From assembly GCA_934149005.1 (NCBI GenBank), contig CAKPDN010000001.1:71128-135127 (forward strand): a stretch of 64,000 bases of DNA, in the 5' to 3' direction. Under the pieces are notes generated by a model that ran no database searches, was not told the origin of the DNA, and was given only the letters and a program-made list of their open reading frames with translations. Source of the stretch: an uncultured Clostridia bacterium. GTDB taxonomy: Bacteria; Bacillota; Clostridia; TANB77; CAG-508. Position 1 is the first letter of the stretch. The number at the start of each line of letters is the position of its first letter. A program made the position numbers and the translations under genes. Below, one piece after another: positions 31,046 to 45,365 of the stretch.

Positions 31046-31853
31046 GCTAGATTATGTATTTTATAGTTTTTTTTATTATTTTTTAGTGTTGTTTAATCTA
31101 CTGAAATCCATTGAAATTTAAAGTTTTATAAAGAATTTGCTATAACATTATTGTATATTTTAGATTTTATATAAATTTGTCAATAGATTAGACATTTTTT
31201 GAATAACAGTAGTCCACTATTAATAATTAAGTTTTACTAATATATTTTTTGTATCATAAATTAATTATACATTTATTTTGTTTTATACATATTATCATAT
31301 AAATGTAATATTCATTAAGTAGTTTTTTGTAAGTTCATTTATAGTAAAAATAGTTATATTTTCAATTTTTATATTATCTATAACAAATTATACTATCATT
31401 ATCTAAAAATTCCCCAGTTAAGCCATTAAGTAACCAATCTAATTTACTTTTATATTAATTTTATTCTGTACGAGCCTTTTAGAACGATTTTTATTTTTTA
31501 ACCATATAATTTTCATTACTATTCCAAAAACATTCGCTCACGTGTATCGTCGTTTGTTCGGCATACCTTAAATGCTTTTATTATTCTCTATATTATGCTA
31601 TTTTAATATACTTACAAGCAAATTAAAAGCTTAACGCAAAACTTTATGCAAATAAAATAAAACTCTAAAACTAGAATTTTATCAAATCTAAAACTCAGTA
31701 TTTGCAAGTGTTTTAGGAAATACATTTTTATTATATAAGCAAAAATAAGCCATTTTAATTATTAGATGAGAATTTATCATCTTTTATATTAAATCGGCTT
31801 ATTTTTGATGTTCTACTAAAGATAAAAATACTTAATAATGTCTTTATATTCAA

Positions 31854-32951
31854 TTATTGTAAAGGTTTCTCCTTATACTGTTCTATCCAATAAGTATAAT
31901 ATGGATTGTCCCAAGTTGTTCCATCATAATATGTTACATCTTTCACAATAGCAATCACCTTTGATATTCCGTGAGCTGAATCTAACTTCCAACCATAATT
32001 TTTGCCACCAGTTGCACCTGCAACTACATTTACATTATCTGCTTGTCCTGTAAATTCAAATCCTCCACCATTGTAGTTAAATTGAGGCTTTATTTTTAGT
32101 GGATAATTATTATTATCATAAGCTAAAACTGCTACATTGTAATCCTTAATTGTTTTATTAGAATTATTTTTTATTACAACTTCTATCATATCTGGATACA
32201 ATGATTTATATCTATCATCTTGTACTAGGATTTTTGCACTTTCAACAGTTACTTCTTGTTCATTCTTATATTTTTCGATTTCTTGTTCCTTAGCTTTATC
32301 TTTTATTTGATTGCTTTTTTCTGTGATTTTGGTATCATTGCTTATAACCTCTTGTAAATCTTTAATCTTTTGATTAGCTGTTACATAGTCATTGTTTGAA
32401 ATTAAAGAATCTACTTCTGCTAAAGTTTTGTCCTTTAAATTTTCCTTGTTGTTCTTAATATAATCTTGTGCAACTTTGTAATTATTTTTGTCTAACTCTA
32501 TTACTTTAGAATAATTTTTTATAGCTTCTAATATATTTTCTTCTTTTTCATATTTTTGTCCCTCAACAAAACTATCTTTTGAAGATTTTACATTTTCAAT
32601 ATCATCTTTAGCCGATTTTATACTGTTTTCAAATTCCTTTATATTAGAATATCTATTAATTTCTTCTATTGTATTATCATAATCTTTTGAACCATTTACA
32701 AATGATTCTACAAGATACTTTAATTTGTCTTGAAAAATTTTTTCGATTTTCTTTTTTTCATCATAACTTTGTGTAGTGCTATATATTTCTTGTAATTTTG
32801 AAACATCTACATTATCAAGGTTTTGTTTAAATTTCACAACCGGATTATTCAAATACTTTAAAAATGCTATTATAATAACAATTATAATGATTCCAACTAT
32901 ACCTAGAACAATTTTTTTATTGTCTTTAATATTTATTTTTTTATCTTCCAT
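31854..32951 (-). CDS. hypothetical membrane-anchored protein (coiled-coil plus C-terminal beta-rich domain)
   Basis: N-terminal TM anchor, Lys/Glu-rich coiled-coil, conserved-looking C-terminal domain. Confidence 0.4.
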   Translation of the reverse strand: MEDKKINIKDNKKIVLGIVGIIIIVIIIAFLKYLNNPVVKFKQNLDNVDVSKLQEIYSTTQSYDEKKKIEKIFQDKLKYLVESFVNGSKDYDNTIEEINRYSNIKEFENSIKSAKDDIENVKSSKDSFVEGQKYEKEENILEAIKNYSKVIELDKNNYKVAQDYIKNNKENLKDKTLAEVDSLISNNDYVTANQKIKDLQEVISNDTKITEKSNQIKDKAKEQEIEKYKNEQEVTVESAKILVQDDRYKSLYPDMIEVVIKNNSNKTIKDYNVAVLAYDNNNYPLKIKPQFNYNGGGFEFTGQADNVNVVAGATGGKNYGWKLDSAHGISKVIAIVKDVTYYDGTTWDNPYYTYWIEQYKEKPLQ

Positions 32952-32965
32952 ATATTACATCCCCT

Positions 32966-33601
32966 TTAAATTTTATTTATAATATTGTTATAATTTACGT
33001 CATTATATACAGTTGCCTTTTCCCAAGTTTCATTTATTGAATTTGTCAAACCATCAAAAATTACTTTTACAAAGTCTTTGCCTAAATTTATACCACCATT
33101 ATTTACTGTTGTATTTTCCATTTGTTCTAAGCTATCTGCATAATCACTTTCTACAAATGTGCAACCAACTATTTCTCCATTTTTAGTTACAAATATTCTT
33201 CTTATTGTTTCTTGATTTTTCCCTATTGTTTCCATATCGAATAAATATATTGTTTCTCCCTGTTCGTTTGTTGTTTTCCTAGCCTCATATATTTTTTTAC
33301 AAAAGTCTTTTAATGATGTTGGCTCTGCTGGTTTTGCAATTTCTGTATAATCTGTTGTATTTGCATTTTCTTTTGTTTCTGGATTTTGTAATTTGTTATT
33401 TACATTTATCAATTCTGCAAGTAATTCCTTTTCATTATCATTCAATGTTATTTCTTCTGCTATCGTTAGGGATTTTTTATTATTTTCTGTCGTTCCCCTG
33501 TAAAAACACATAAAATATAACACTGCTATTATTGCCAATATCACTATTAATGACAATATAATTTTTTTAGTTTTCTTTTCCATATTAATTTTTCCTTTCA
33601 A
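32966..33601 (-). CDS. hypothetical membrane-anchored protein
   Basis: N-terminal TM helix. 14-bp gap to the upstream gene suggests an operon. Confidence 0.4.
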   Translation of the reverse strand: MKGKINMEKKTKKIILSLIVILAIIAVLYFMCFYRGTTENNKKSLTIAEEITLNDNEKELLAELINVNNKLQNPETKENANTTDYTEIAKPAEPTSLKDFCKKIYEARKTTNEQGETIYLFDMETIGKNQETIRRIFVTKNGEIVGCTFVESDYADSLEQMENTTVNNGGINLGKDFVKVIFDGLTNSINETWEKATVYNDVNYNNIINKI

Positions 33602-33924
33602 AATTTTATATTTAATTTGCTTAGTGTAGATTTTGAGTTATCTTGTTTCTAGTTTATGCCAAAATAACTTTCCTATTTATTCTAATAATCTGGTTAAAAT
33701 TCTTACGTACTAGGGCTTTCTACATATAATTCCATTTTATTCTTTTGATTGTTCACCCCCTTAAAAAATACATATTGGAATATTAATAACAACTCTACAA
33801 TTTTCGACAATATAATTATATAACTATTATTCATATTTGTAAATAACTTTGGTGACTAAAAATAATTAATTTTCCTAATATAATATACTTATTATTCATA
33901 TACTATATAAGGAGGTATTCTTCA

Positions 33925-34260
33925 ATGGAAAATCTTAGAAAAATAAGAGAGAAAAGAAATATAAATCAACTAAAAATTGCAATGGATATTGGAATAACTC
34001 AGGAATCTATTTCTAAATATGAAAATGGAAATGCTTTTCCATCCAAAGATGTTCTTATTAAATTAGCTGACTATTTGAATTGTAGTATTGATTATTTATT
34101 AGGAAGAACAGATAACCCTAATGTAAATAAGGATTCCAATAATATAAAAAACGAAAATGTAGAAAATTTAATTTTTAGATATAATAATTTGACTGATGAA
34201 AATAAAATAAAACTAGAGGGTTGCTTACTTGCAATCGAAAAAGAGCAAAACAAAAAGTAG
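33925..34260 (+). CDS. XRE-family HTH transcriptional regulator
   Basis: NINQLKIAMDIGITQESISKYENGNAFPSKDVLIKLADYLNCSIDYLLGRTD is a canonical Cro/C1-type HTH. GGAGG RBS. Confidence 0.75.
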   Translation: MENLRKIREKRNINQLKIAMDIGITQESISKYENGNAFPSKDVLIKLADYLNCSIDYLLGRTDNPNVNKDSNNIKNENVENLIFRYNNLTDENKIKLEGCLLAIEKEQNKK

Positions 34261-34280
34261 GAAAATATCTCCTACTTTTT

Positions 34281-34547
34281 TTATGTACTAATGTATATGT
34301 TATAATTTCCGTTCATTTGTAATATAATTTCTTGTCCTAATTCTATATCAATTACATCATCTAAACAAATTTCCACTTCTTCATTAAGTTTAAAATTATA
34401 ATTGATAAATATTATTTTTCTACTTGTAACCATACTTTTTAAATTATGTATTAGAATCCCCAGTTTCAAGCTACCATCAATTCTTATTGTAATATTTTTC
34501 CCATCATACTTTTTCAATTCTTCTTCTAATTCTTTTAAATTTTTCAT
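34281..34547 (-). CDS. hypothetical protein (88 aa)
   Basis: ORF with no recognisable motif. Confidence 0.3.
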   Translation of the reverse strand: MKNLKELEEELKKYDGKNITIRIDGSLKLGILIHNLKSMVTSRKIIFINYNFKLNEEVEICLDDVIDIELGQEIILQMNGNYNIYIST

Positions 34548-34746
34548 CTGTTCTTCCAGTTATTTTCTTTTATAATAATACTAAGTTCATCAAGTTGTAT
34601 TTTTAAAATCCTATTATCTATGTCAATATAGCATATTTGTGTTATATTAACAACAAGTTTATTTTTCTCTGTATAATCTGTTATATGTAACAAGCGGTGG
34701 ATATGAATCAAATATAAAAGCAATAATATGCCCTTACTTTGAAGAA

Positions 34747-35573
34747 ATGCAAATAAAATTAACGGATTTAACAACTTTTGATTTACAAGATTTCTATGAT
34801 TATCAGTACAAACTAGGGAAAGACCCTCGTACTGTTTTGCATTATTACAGAAATATCAATCAAGTGCTAGAAAAAGCAAGAAAAACAAAACTAATTTTAG
34901 TAAACCAAATAATGATTGTAAAATTGAGAAACCAGAACAATACATTCCTGATGTATATTCTAAACAAGAATTAAAAATGTTTTTAGATAAGATTAGAAAT
35001 ACTGATATAGCAGTTCCAGTAATGCTAATCGGATATTATGGACTTAGAAGAAGTGAGGCTATTGGTTTAAAATGGAACAGAATTAATTTTGAAGATAATC
35101 AAATCACTATTGCACATACAGTTGTATCTACAACTATAAATCATAAACATATTATAGAAAAAAAGGATATACCTAAAAATACGTCTAGTTATAGGACATT
35201 TCCACTAGAACCTGTTTTAAAAGAATTTTTAGAACTAGCATATAAGTCTCAGCAAGATAATAAAAAACTTTTTGGGAATGCCTACTTAAATACTGATAAT
35301 TATGTTTCTGTAAAAATTGATGGTAGTTTAATATCTCCAAATATGCTTTCTAAAAAATTTAGTAAATTTTTAAAAGATAATAATTTTAGGAAAATAAGAT
35401 TACACGATTTACGACACAGTGTAGCAAGTATATTATTAAATAATGGGGCTAATTTGAGAGAAGTACAAGAATGGTGTGGGCATTCAAATGTTTCTACTAC
35501 TGAAATATATACACATTTAGATAGTAGTTCAAAAGAACACTCTGCCCAAATAATGTCTAATATACTAACATAG
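34747..35573 (+). pseudogene. tyrosine site-specific integrase, N-terminally truncated and frameshifted
   Basis: C-terminal catalytic domain [39 protein letters not shown]. Correct reading ...[35 protein letters not shown] requires one extra C at ~34909. The first ~60 aa of a typical integrase are absent. Confidence 0.65.
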
Positions 35574-35683
35574 TCAATTAGAAATTTGGTGTAAAAAGAT
35601 TAGACATTAGATTAGACGTAATCTAAATTGGGCAAAAAAATAATATCAAGTGAATCTTCTAAAACCCTTGATATTACTGAATT

Positions 35684-35830
35684 TGGTGTGAACAGCGTAG
35701 ATATCTACAACTTTTCACACCTTTAACGATTGGCACTAATATCAATCAGTTTTATTTATTATATCATCTTTTTTATAAAATACAATACAAAAATCATAAA
35801 AATTATCAATACTTTTTGAACAAACACAAA
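35684..35830. repeat. imperfect direct repeat copy B (partner 28598-28750), immediately downstream of the integrase remnant
   Basis: See copy A. Contains internal IR GGTGTGAA...TTCACACC. Confidence 0.4.
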
Positions 35831-36047
35831 AAAATACCTAGGGTCATCGGATTATATGCTGACTCTAGGCTATTGAATGACTTAGAGCTTCAAAAGTTTA
35901 CTAATCACTGATCGATATATTTATACCATATTTTTAAATAAACTTCACGATTTCTATAAATTTTTCAGAAAAATTGAAAATTATGTAAATTTATAGTATA
36001 ATATATTTGTCGATAAAACTTATGGCAAATTTGAAAGGAGTGATTAT

Positions 36048-36689
36048 ATGCATATTTTTCTTATTCGGCATGGTGAATCCATAGCTAACAATGGAAACAA
36101 TTATGTCAAAAGGATTCCCGACCATTTAGTAACATTAAGTGATACAGGGAAGCAACAGGCACATGAAGCAGGAATTTGGCTTGCAAACTACTGCCAAAAG
36201 CAAGATATTTGTCTTGATAATGCACGAATATGGCGTAGCCCTTATTGTAGAACAAGACAAACATCGGAAGAGTTTAATACTTCGCTTAATATATCTGATA
36301 TAAGAGAGGATATAACTCTTATTGAGCAACAGTTTGGATTATTTGACTCAATTCCAGAAGAAAAATGGGGAGAACTTTTTCCTAGAGAATATGAAGAATA
36401 TCAGCGTCAGAGAAACAATTATGGAAAATTTTACGCTAGACTTCCGTTAGGTGAAAGTCCATTTGATGTAGCAATTAGAGTTCATCAATTTATGGGAACA
36501 ATTTATCGTGACTATGAGAAACATGGCATAGATACATTGTTTATTTTCACACATGGAACTACCTTGAGAGCATTTTTGTTGAGATGGTTTCACTACTCTC
36601 CTGAATGGTTTCATGAAGAGAAAAATCCTAAAAATTGTTGGATAAGAGAAATTAAAAATCACGAAGACTGTGGATATATTAATCTATAG
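36048..36689 (+). CDS. histidine phosphatase family protein (phosphoglycerate mutase-like)
   Basis: N-terminal LIRHGES catalytic RHG motif. 213 aa. Confidence 0.7.
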   Translation: MHIFLIRHGESIANNGNNYVKRIPDHLVTLSDTGKQQAHEAGIWLANYCQKQDICLDNARIWRSPYCRTRQTSEEFNTSLNISDIREDITLIEQQFGLFDSIPEEKWGELFPREYEEYQRQRNNYGKFYARLPLGESPFDVAIRVHQFMGTIYRDYEKHGIDTLFIFTHGTTLRAFLLRWFHYSPEWFHEEKNPKNCWIREIKNHEDCGYINL

Positions 36690-36694
36690 TCAGA

Positions 36695-36738
36695 AAAGAG
36701 AACCTTCGCATATATGCATGCGAAGGCTCTCCTCGTTA
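36695..36738. terminator. bidirectional GC-rich terminator hairpin
   Basis: GAGAACCTTCGCATatatGCATGCGAAGGCTCTC, 14-bp stem. Confidence 0.65.
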
Positions 36739-36752
36739 TCCTTTGCGTCTTT

Positions 36753-36983
36753 TTAGCGCTCTTCTTTAAGTTCCTTAGTCGAGAACTTAGCTAAACGACT
36801 TTGTAAGCTAGGCATTGGCGGCTCATCTCTATCTGGGATATCTTCAATGCAGTTTCCTACATTCTGGTACTTATATCCACAAGAACATATTGTAGTTTCG
36901 TTACCATAGAAACCCAAGCCTCCAAGATGATGAGATTTTATCGCTCCACACTTTGGACATTTCGTTTTTGCAAAAGAACTCAT
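36753..36983 (-). CDS. small zinc-ribbon protein
   Basis: CPKCG...CSCG pairs. GGAGG RBS. GC-rich relative to surroundings. Confidence 0.35.
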   Translation of the reverse strand: MSSFAKTKCPKCGAIKSHHLGGLGFYGNETTICSCGYKYQNVGNCIEDIPDRDEPPMPSLQSRLAKFSTKELKEER

Positions 36984-37135
36984 AATTCTACCTCCTTAAA
37001 TTTTCGGAGGCATTGCCCCCGAATGATAATTATTGGGGACGCCAACAAAGTTTACTTCTTTATTATAGCATAATTTTACATAAAGTGCAAATATTTTTAG
37101 TGACTTACTCTATTCACAGTATTTTTTTGTTTCTA

Positions 37136-37528
37136 TTAATTTTGTATATTTATATTATTAAATAAATATAATGCCACTTTATTTCTATCGGCTTGTTCCA
37201 TTTCCATAAGTTTTGCCATAGCAAAATTTATAATAAAATATTTACTTTGTCCAAAATTTATTAATGTAGTTCTGTATTCTTCGTCAATTTCTTCTAGCTT
37301 TGACTCAAATTTATTATACATTTCTTTTTTATCATAGTCTAAAGTAAGCCACTCACTATCGTTCATACATATTGCAAGTCTTAGTTTGTCTTTTATATCC
37401 ATTTCTTTAATCATATCAATTAGATATTCTAATTTGCATTGTTCTTTTACTTTTTCCATATCAAAATACCTCCTTTTAAAATCTTGTATCATTGTTTTTC
37501 TTTTTATTCTTGTTTTGCTTGTTCTCAT
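37136..37528 (-). CDS. hypothetical protein downstream of the Mob remnant (likely starts at an internal Met)
   Basis: 130-aa ORF overlapping the 3' end of the Mob pseudogene. Confidence 0.3.
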   Translation of the reverse strand: MRTSKTRIKRKTMIQDFKRRYFDMEKVKEQCKLEYLIDMIKEMDIKDKLRLAICMNDSEWLTLDYDKKEMYNKFESKLEEIDEEYRTTLINFGQSKYFIINFAMAKLMEMEQADRNKVALYLFNNINIQN

Positions 37529-38892
37529 CTGGTATAGTTACTTTTTTATAAATATTATTTGCAATTTCATTATCGTTATCATCAAATATACCATTTTTAT
37601 ATAAATCATCACTTACAATTTTATAATTTTTATCGTTTTCATAAGTTATTTTTTTATGAAAGTGGCTCATAATACTATGCCAAAATCCTTTGAACTTTTG
37701 TAATTGAGATTTTAAACCTTCTTTTTCTTCTTTTAGCTTGTCAATTATTCTATCTTTAGTAGATAATTCACTTTTTAAATTACCAATCTCATCATCTTTT
37801 AGTTCTATTTGATATTTAAGAGAACGATTTTCTTGTTCTACTTCAAAAGCAGAGTGTTCAAAATCTTTAATCGCTATATTTAAGTCATTAACACTTCTAA
37901 CTGTCTGAGTAACATCAGTTACGTTTTCAATATAATTTTTGATATTTTCTATGTTCTCGTTTGAAATAAGCTTATTATTTTTATCTAGTAAAGGAGATTT
38001 TAGATTATCTAATATTTTGACTACATCTCTACTTGTATTATCAAGTTTTTTAGTTTTCTTGTTAGCATTTTCTAATTTCTGTTTTTCTTGTTCAAGTTTT
38101 TCCTTCATTTCTCTGTAATTGCCCATTTCATTAATATTAACGTCTTGATTTCTGCCTTTTTGTTTTTCCTTTAATCGTGTATTAATCTCATAAAACTTGT
38201 TATATGACTTAATACAAGCATTTCTCATTTTATCTTGTATTGCAGTTAGTGATGTTTTTGTAAATAATTTACTTTTTCCTACTTGTTTTTTCATTCCTCT
38301 AGTACAATTTGTGGCTACTGGAACACCTACAATATGCATATGGGGAGAAACTTCATCAAAGTGTATTGTTGCATTTGCTATCTTAAAGTCTGGTACAATT
38401 TTAATTAAGTCTTTTATCTATTCATTATATACATCAACCATTTTAAATCTATATTCTTTATCATTCCAAAAGTCCATATCTCCAAGTTCTATTATAATCT
38501 CACAAGCAATATCATTCTGTGAGTTGCATACTTTTTTGAAATAATCTTCAATTTTTCTATCTTCACGAGTTTGATTGTTATTATATTCTAGTCTTGCTTC
38601 TTCAAACTCATCTAAATATACTTGCTTAACATCATTCATAATATCATTTGTTCCATAAATTGTTCTAATTAACTCTCTTTGATTATTCATAATCCCTTAA
38701 ATTGTGTTTATTAACATCAGATAAATCTTTTGCATTTTGAATTGCATTATTAGATAGAGAAGTAGTGCCAGATAAATTTCCTTTTGCAACTTTCCTTGCT
38801 AATTTACTTTTGTTTTTATCACTACCCAAGTGAAAAGAATATGCCAATTCTTGTTCCATAAAAGCACCTCCTTTGAATTTTCTTCGTAGCAT
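37476..38892 (-). pseudogene. Mob/Pre (MobV-family) relaxase, decayed across three frames
   Basis: N-terminal piece (38683-38892) has the KGNLSG region. Middle piece 38418-38690. Third frame reads IANATIHFDEVSPHMHIVGVPVA...GKSKLF, the HxDE...HxH relaxase motif, followed by a coiled-coil tail. Confidence 0.6.
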
Positions 38893-39035
38893 AGGACTTT
38901 GGCTTTGCCATAAGTCCTAACCCAGTAAGACTAAATTAAGTACACTTTATAAAAATTTGTATTTATAGACAGCTTTAGCAGATATAAAATTATAGTTCTA
39001 AAAGTAGTGAAATTAAATTTTAGGAGGTTTTAGTT

Positions 39036-39398
39036 ATGGTAGAGATAACTTATCACAAAGAAGGAGATTTTTTTGTTCCTGACTTATATTTAGAAAAGGA
39101 AAATTACGAAAATGATTATATTATTGGAAAATATGGTCATTTAAGATTAGAGTATTTAAAAAATCATAAAAAGGCTGAATATATAATAATGTTTATGAAC
39201 AAAACTTTAAGAAAACATATTGTAGAAACTGATAAACAAGCTAAAGAAAGATTTGAAATACTTATGAAACAAATGCTAGAAAAAAATCCTATTGATGAAA
39301 GCTTGAAAAATACTGCCCCTTTAAAATGGACTGGACTTATGAATAATTATAAAAATTCGGTTGAAGAAATTATATTACATGAACTTATATTTGTATAA
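39036..39398 (+). CDS. TnpV-like protein (Tn4451 family accessory protein)
   Basis: 120 aa. ITYHKEGDFFVPDL...FEILMKQMLEK resembles TnpV-family proteins from clostridial transposons. The assignment is moderate. Confidence 0.45.
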   Translation: MVEITYHKEGDFFVPDLYLEKENYENDYIIGKYGHLRLEYLKNHKKAEYIIMFMNKTLRKHIVETDKQAKERFEILMKQMLEKNPIDESLKNTAPLKWTGLMNNYKNSVEEIILHELIFV

Positions 39399-39535
39399 AG
39401 CAATGAATTTGTTTCGTCATTAATCATAACCACCCGTAAAACGGGTGGTTTGCTCTTAGCATAGAAGACTTTTGTACTGGCACTTCTGGGCTTAAGCCCT
39501 ACTGAACGGTTTGCCAACCGCATTTCCTTCTCAGG

Positions 39536-40042
39536 CTACCACTTAAGTGGTCCTAATCCTTTTTTTATTTTTCTTTTTTTTTCCTTTTCTTCTTTTTCAA
39601 ATGGGTCTACATATTCTTTTATACTTATCTGATCTGTTGCTATATCTTCCTGTAATTGTTTTTTTATATATTCTTCTATTGCTTTTTTATTTTTGCCTAC
39701 TGTATCTACATAATATCCTTGACACCAAAAATGCCTATTCCCATATTTATATTTTAAATTTGCATGTCTATCAAATATCATCAAACTGCTTTTCCCTTTT
39801 AAATATCCCATTATACTTGCCACACTATACTTTGGTGGTATACTTACAAGCATATGTATGTGGTCTGGACATAATTCTGCCTCTATTATTTCTATTCCTT
39901 TTTGCTCACATAATCTTCTTAATATTACTCCTATATCTTTTCTTATCTGCCCATATATTTGCATTCTTCTGTACTTTGGTGCAAATACCAAATGATATTT
40001 GCAATTCCATGTGCTGTGTGCTAAACTATTATTGTCTTTCAT
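39536..40042 (-). CDS. tnpA: IS200/IS605 family transposase TnpA (HUH Y1)
   Basis: HIHMLVSIPPKYSV (HuH motif), catalytic Y in GYYVDTVG, 169 aa from MKDNNSL. AAGGAGGA RBS. Confidence 0.8.
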   Translation of the reverse strand: MKDNNSLAHSTWNCKYHLVFAPKYRRMQIYGQIRKDIGVILRRLCEQKGIEIIEAELCPDHIHMLVSIPPKYSVASIMGYLKGKSSLMIFDRHANLKYKYGNRHFWCQGYYVDTVGKNKKAIEEYIKKQLQEDIATDQISIKEYVDPFEKEEKEKKRKIKKGLGPLKW

Positions 40043-40045
40043 GAC

Positions 40046-40105
40046 AAAATCCTCCTTTTTAATTTTATTTGCGGTTGGCGACCACATCTATTATATCAAA
40101 AAGGA
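40046..40105 (-). promoter_or_regulatory. RBS-sequestering inverted repeat upstream of tnpA
   Basis: Perfect 15-bp IR AAAATCCTCCTTTTT / AAAAAGGAGGATTTT encloses the tnpA Shine-Dalgarno, as described for IS200 translational control. Confidence 0.55.
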
Positions 40106-40239
40106 GGATTTTTTCTACCCATAGCTAGAAGCTTTTAGAACCCCGCGTAAAACACGGGGTTTTCATAAGCCAATAAATAAACCTATGGAACTTTCTTTTA
40201 GAAAAATTCCATAGGTTTTGACAGTTTTTGAGTTAATTC

Positions 40240-40818
40240 CTATGCCAATAAAAAATGCATCATTGCAATAATCATAACTGTACATGCTACAATTAATGAT
40301 ATAGGATAAAGTACCTTGCTATAACATCTTTTTATAGAGTTTTTGATAAGATATGCTGTAAAAATAATAAGTATAAAAATAAAGACTAAAGTGAAAATAC
40401 CCGTCAAAGTTCTATATCTTTCAGCACTTTCATAAGCCTCTTCAGCACTCTTTCTACTTCGTTCAAAAGTAACTTCTTGCTCATTTGTTCCGAAGTTTTT
40501 AACCGTTGCAGTTATATAATCAGAATAAATCTTTCCTTCATCATATTCTCCAATTTCTATTACCAAAGTTGTCCGACTATCTTCAGAATAGAATGTTGTT
40601 TGGGCAGGGTACTGGCAAGTATATTCATGTCTAGCAATCATTCCCTCAGCTTCTTTTTGATATTCTTTATACAAAGCTTCAGGATAATGCAGAGTCTTTT
40701 CATAATTAGCAGATACAGCCGGCATAAATGCTTTGAAATGAATAAAAAGACCGAACAATACAGAAAAGACTATTGATAGTATAATGCAACCAATGGTTGC
40801 CAATTTTTGCCGATTCAT
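40240..40818 (-). CDS. hypothetical membrane protein (N- and C-terminal TM helices)
   Basis: ORF with higher GC than the host background. Start set at MNRQKL. Confidence 0.4.
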   Translation of the reverse strand: MNRQKLATIGCIILSIVFSVLFGLFIHFKAFMPAVSANYEKTLHYPEALYKEYQKEAEGMIARHEYTCQYPAQTTFYSEDSRTTLVIEIGEYDEGKIYSDYITATVKNFGTNEQEVTFERSRKSAEEAYESAERYRTLTGIFTLVFIFILIIFTAYLIKNSIKRCYSKVLYPISLIVACTVMIIAMMHFLLA

Positions 40819-41541
40819 TTTTTTACCTCCATTAATCAATGATATGGTTATATTTAAAGCTCTAAGATACTGTCAAACTTAAAGCATAATAAAATTTTAC
40901 ATAATAAATTATAGCATGTTTATTCAGTTTTTTCAACAAAAACTGGCAAATTCATTGACTTTAAGCTAAAATCGTGATATATATTATGTGTATTCTAGTT
41001 AGGAATACAAGAATATTGATGTCTTCTTGGGAATTTTGAAATTCCTCAGATGCCAGGCGAAAACGAGTCGCATATAGGATTGCGAACTGGTTATTAGAAA
41101 GTGTGAAAAATTTATAATAATAGTAAACTTGTCCAGTATTTATAAGTAATTAAGAAAGCCATGAGTGCAAAGTTCAATATTCTATTTACATACACACTAA
41201 AAAATGAGTACATATTTAAAACTCAAATTTTGTTTGAGCTTATTAAAATTGTATTCATGTAGGTAAATAGAGTATTGGTATATCGCTTATGGCTTTTTGT
41301 TATGTATAATCTTCTGCCCTCTCTATTTATGCAGAAACAAAAAGAGCTTAACAATTTATTTTTGGTATGTAAATAAATTGTTAAGATGAGCGAAAGAATA
41401 TATGAACGATATTAAATATATTCTTTTGCTTTGGCGAAGCCAAACATAAATTATCTATCGCAAGATTAGATAATTTATGAGCCCTCCGCTAGGAGCCCAC
41501 GACACCTTTGCAAAACGATAGTTTTGAAAGTGTCATAGTGG

Positions 41542-43165
<1,624 letters not shown>

Positions 43166-43276
43166 TAATTTTTATATTGAATTTTTAGTTTGAAATATGG
43201 TATATTATAAACACTACTTGAAATGTAATAACTATAATTTTATATCGTATTTCAAGCTGTCAAAAGAAAGGAGTAA

Positions 43277-44938
<1,662 letters not shown>

Positions 44939-45129
44939 ACAAGCTATTTTATGGGAGAATATTTTAGTGTACTTAACTAAAGCGTTCTCCCCTATGAGTT
45001 ATGACATACTATCATAACTCGGTGGCTCTGCGAGGCTAATTCAATTTACCTTAATTGGTAAATTGAATGCACAAACATCTGATTAAATTTATTTTTACAA
45101 AATAAATCTATCATCTATTTTTGAAGTAG

Positions 45130-45334
45130 TTCTTGTTTAATTATCTTCATTTTTAGCACCATCCTTTCATTAGGATGATTTTAATATTGTTTTTAAGCAA
45201 CAAAAAAATCAACCAGATTTTATTTACTGATTGATTTTCATATCGATCTGTTCTATTAGTTCGAACAGAAACGTCATTGGTGCGGATGAAGGGACTCGAA
45301 CCCCCACGCCGTTGGCACTGGTTCCTAAGACCAG
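45130..45334. repeat. 203-bp direct repeat (right copy) overlapping the 3' end and downstream flank of intact tRNA-Leu
   Basis: About 88% identical to 30841-31045. Confidence 0.8.
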
Positions 45335-45361
45335 CGCGTCTACCAGTTCCGCCACATCCGC
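45278..45361 (-). tRNA. tRNA-Leu (anticodon TAG), type II with long variable arm, CCA encoded
   Basis: Minus-strand sequence GCGGATGTGGCGGAACTGGTAGACGCGCTGGTCTTAGGAACCAGTGCCAACGGCGTGGGGGTTCGAGTCCCTTCATCCGCACCA folds as a cloverleaf. Anticodon loop CTTAGGA. Confidence 0.9.
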
Positions 45362-45365
45362 ATTT

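Larger units (their letters stand above)
39425..40165 (-). mobile_element. IS200/IS605-family insertion sequence (tnpA only)
   Basis: Subterminal hairpins AACCACCCGTAAAACGGGTGGTT (39428-39450) and AACCCCGCGTAAAACACGGGGTT (40139-40161) flank a HUH Y1 transposase gene. About 740 bp. Confidence 0.7.

Noticed and set aside
34544-34774. 76-aa minus-strand ORF overlapping the integrase N-terminus
   Set aside because: It overlaps the better-supported integrase remnant and the XRE-side small gene. It is a likely antisense artefact.
39547-40044. 165-aa plus-strand ORF
   Set aside because: It is antisense to the IS200 tnpA gene, has low-complexity L/F-rich translation, and tnpA has clear HUH motifs on the other strand.
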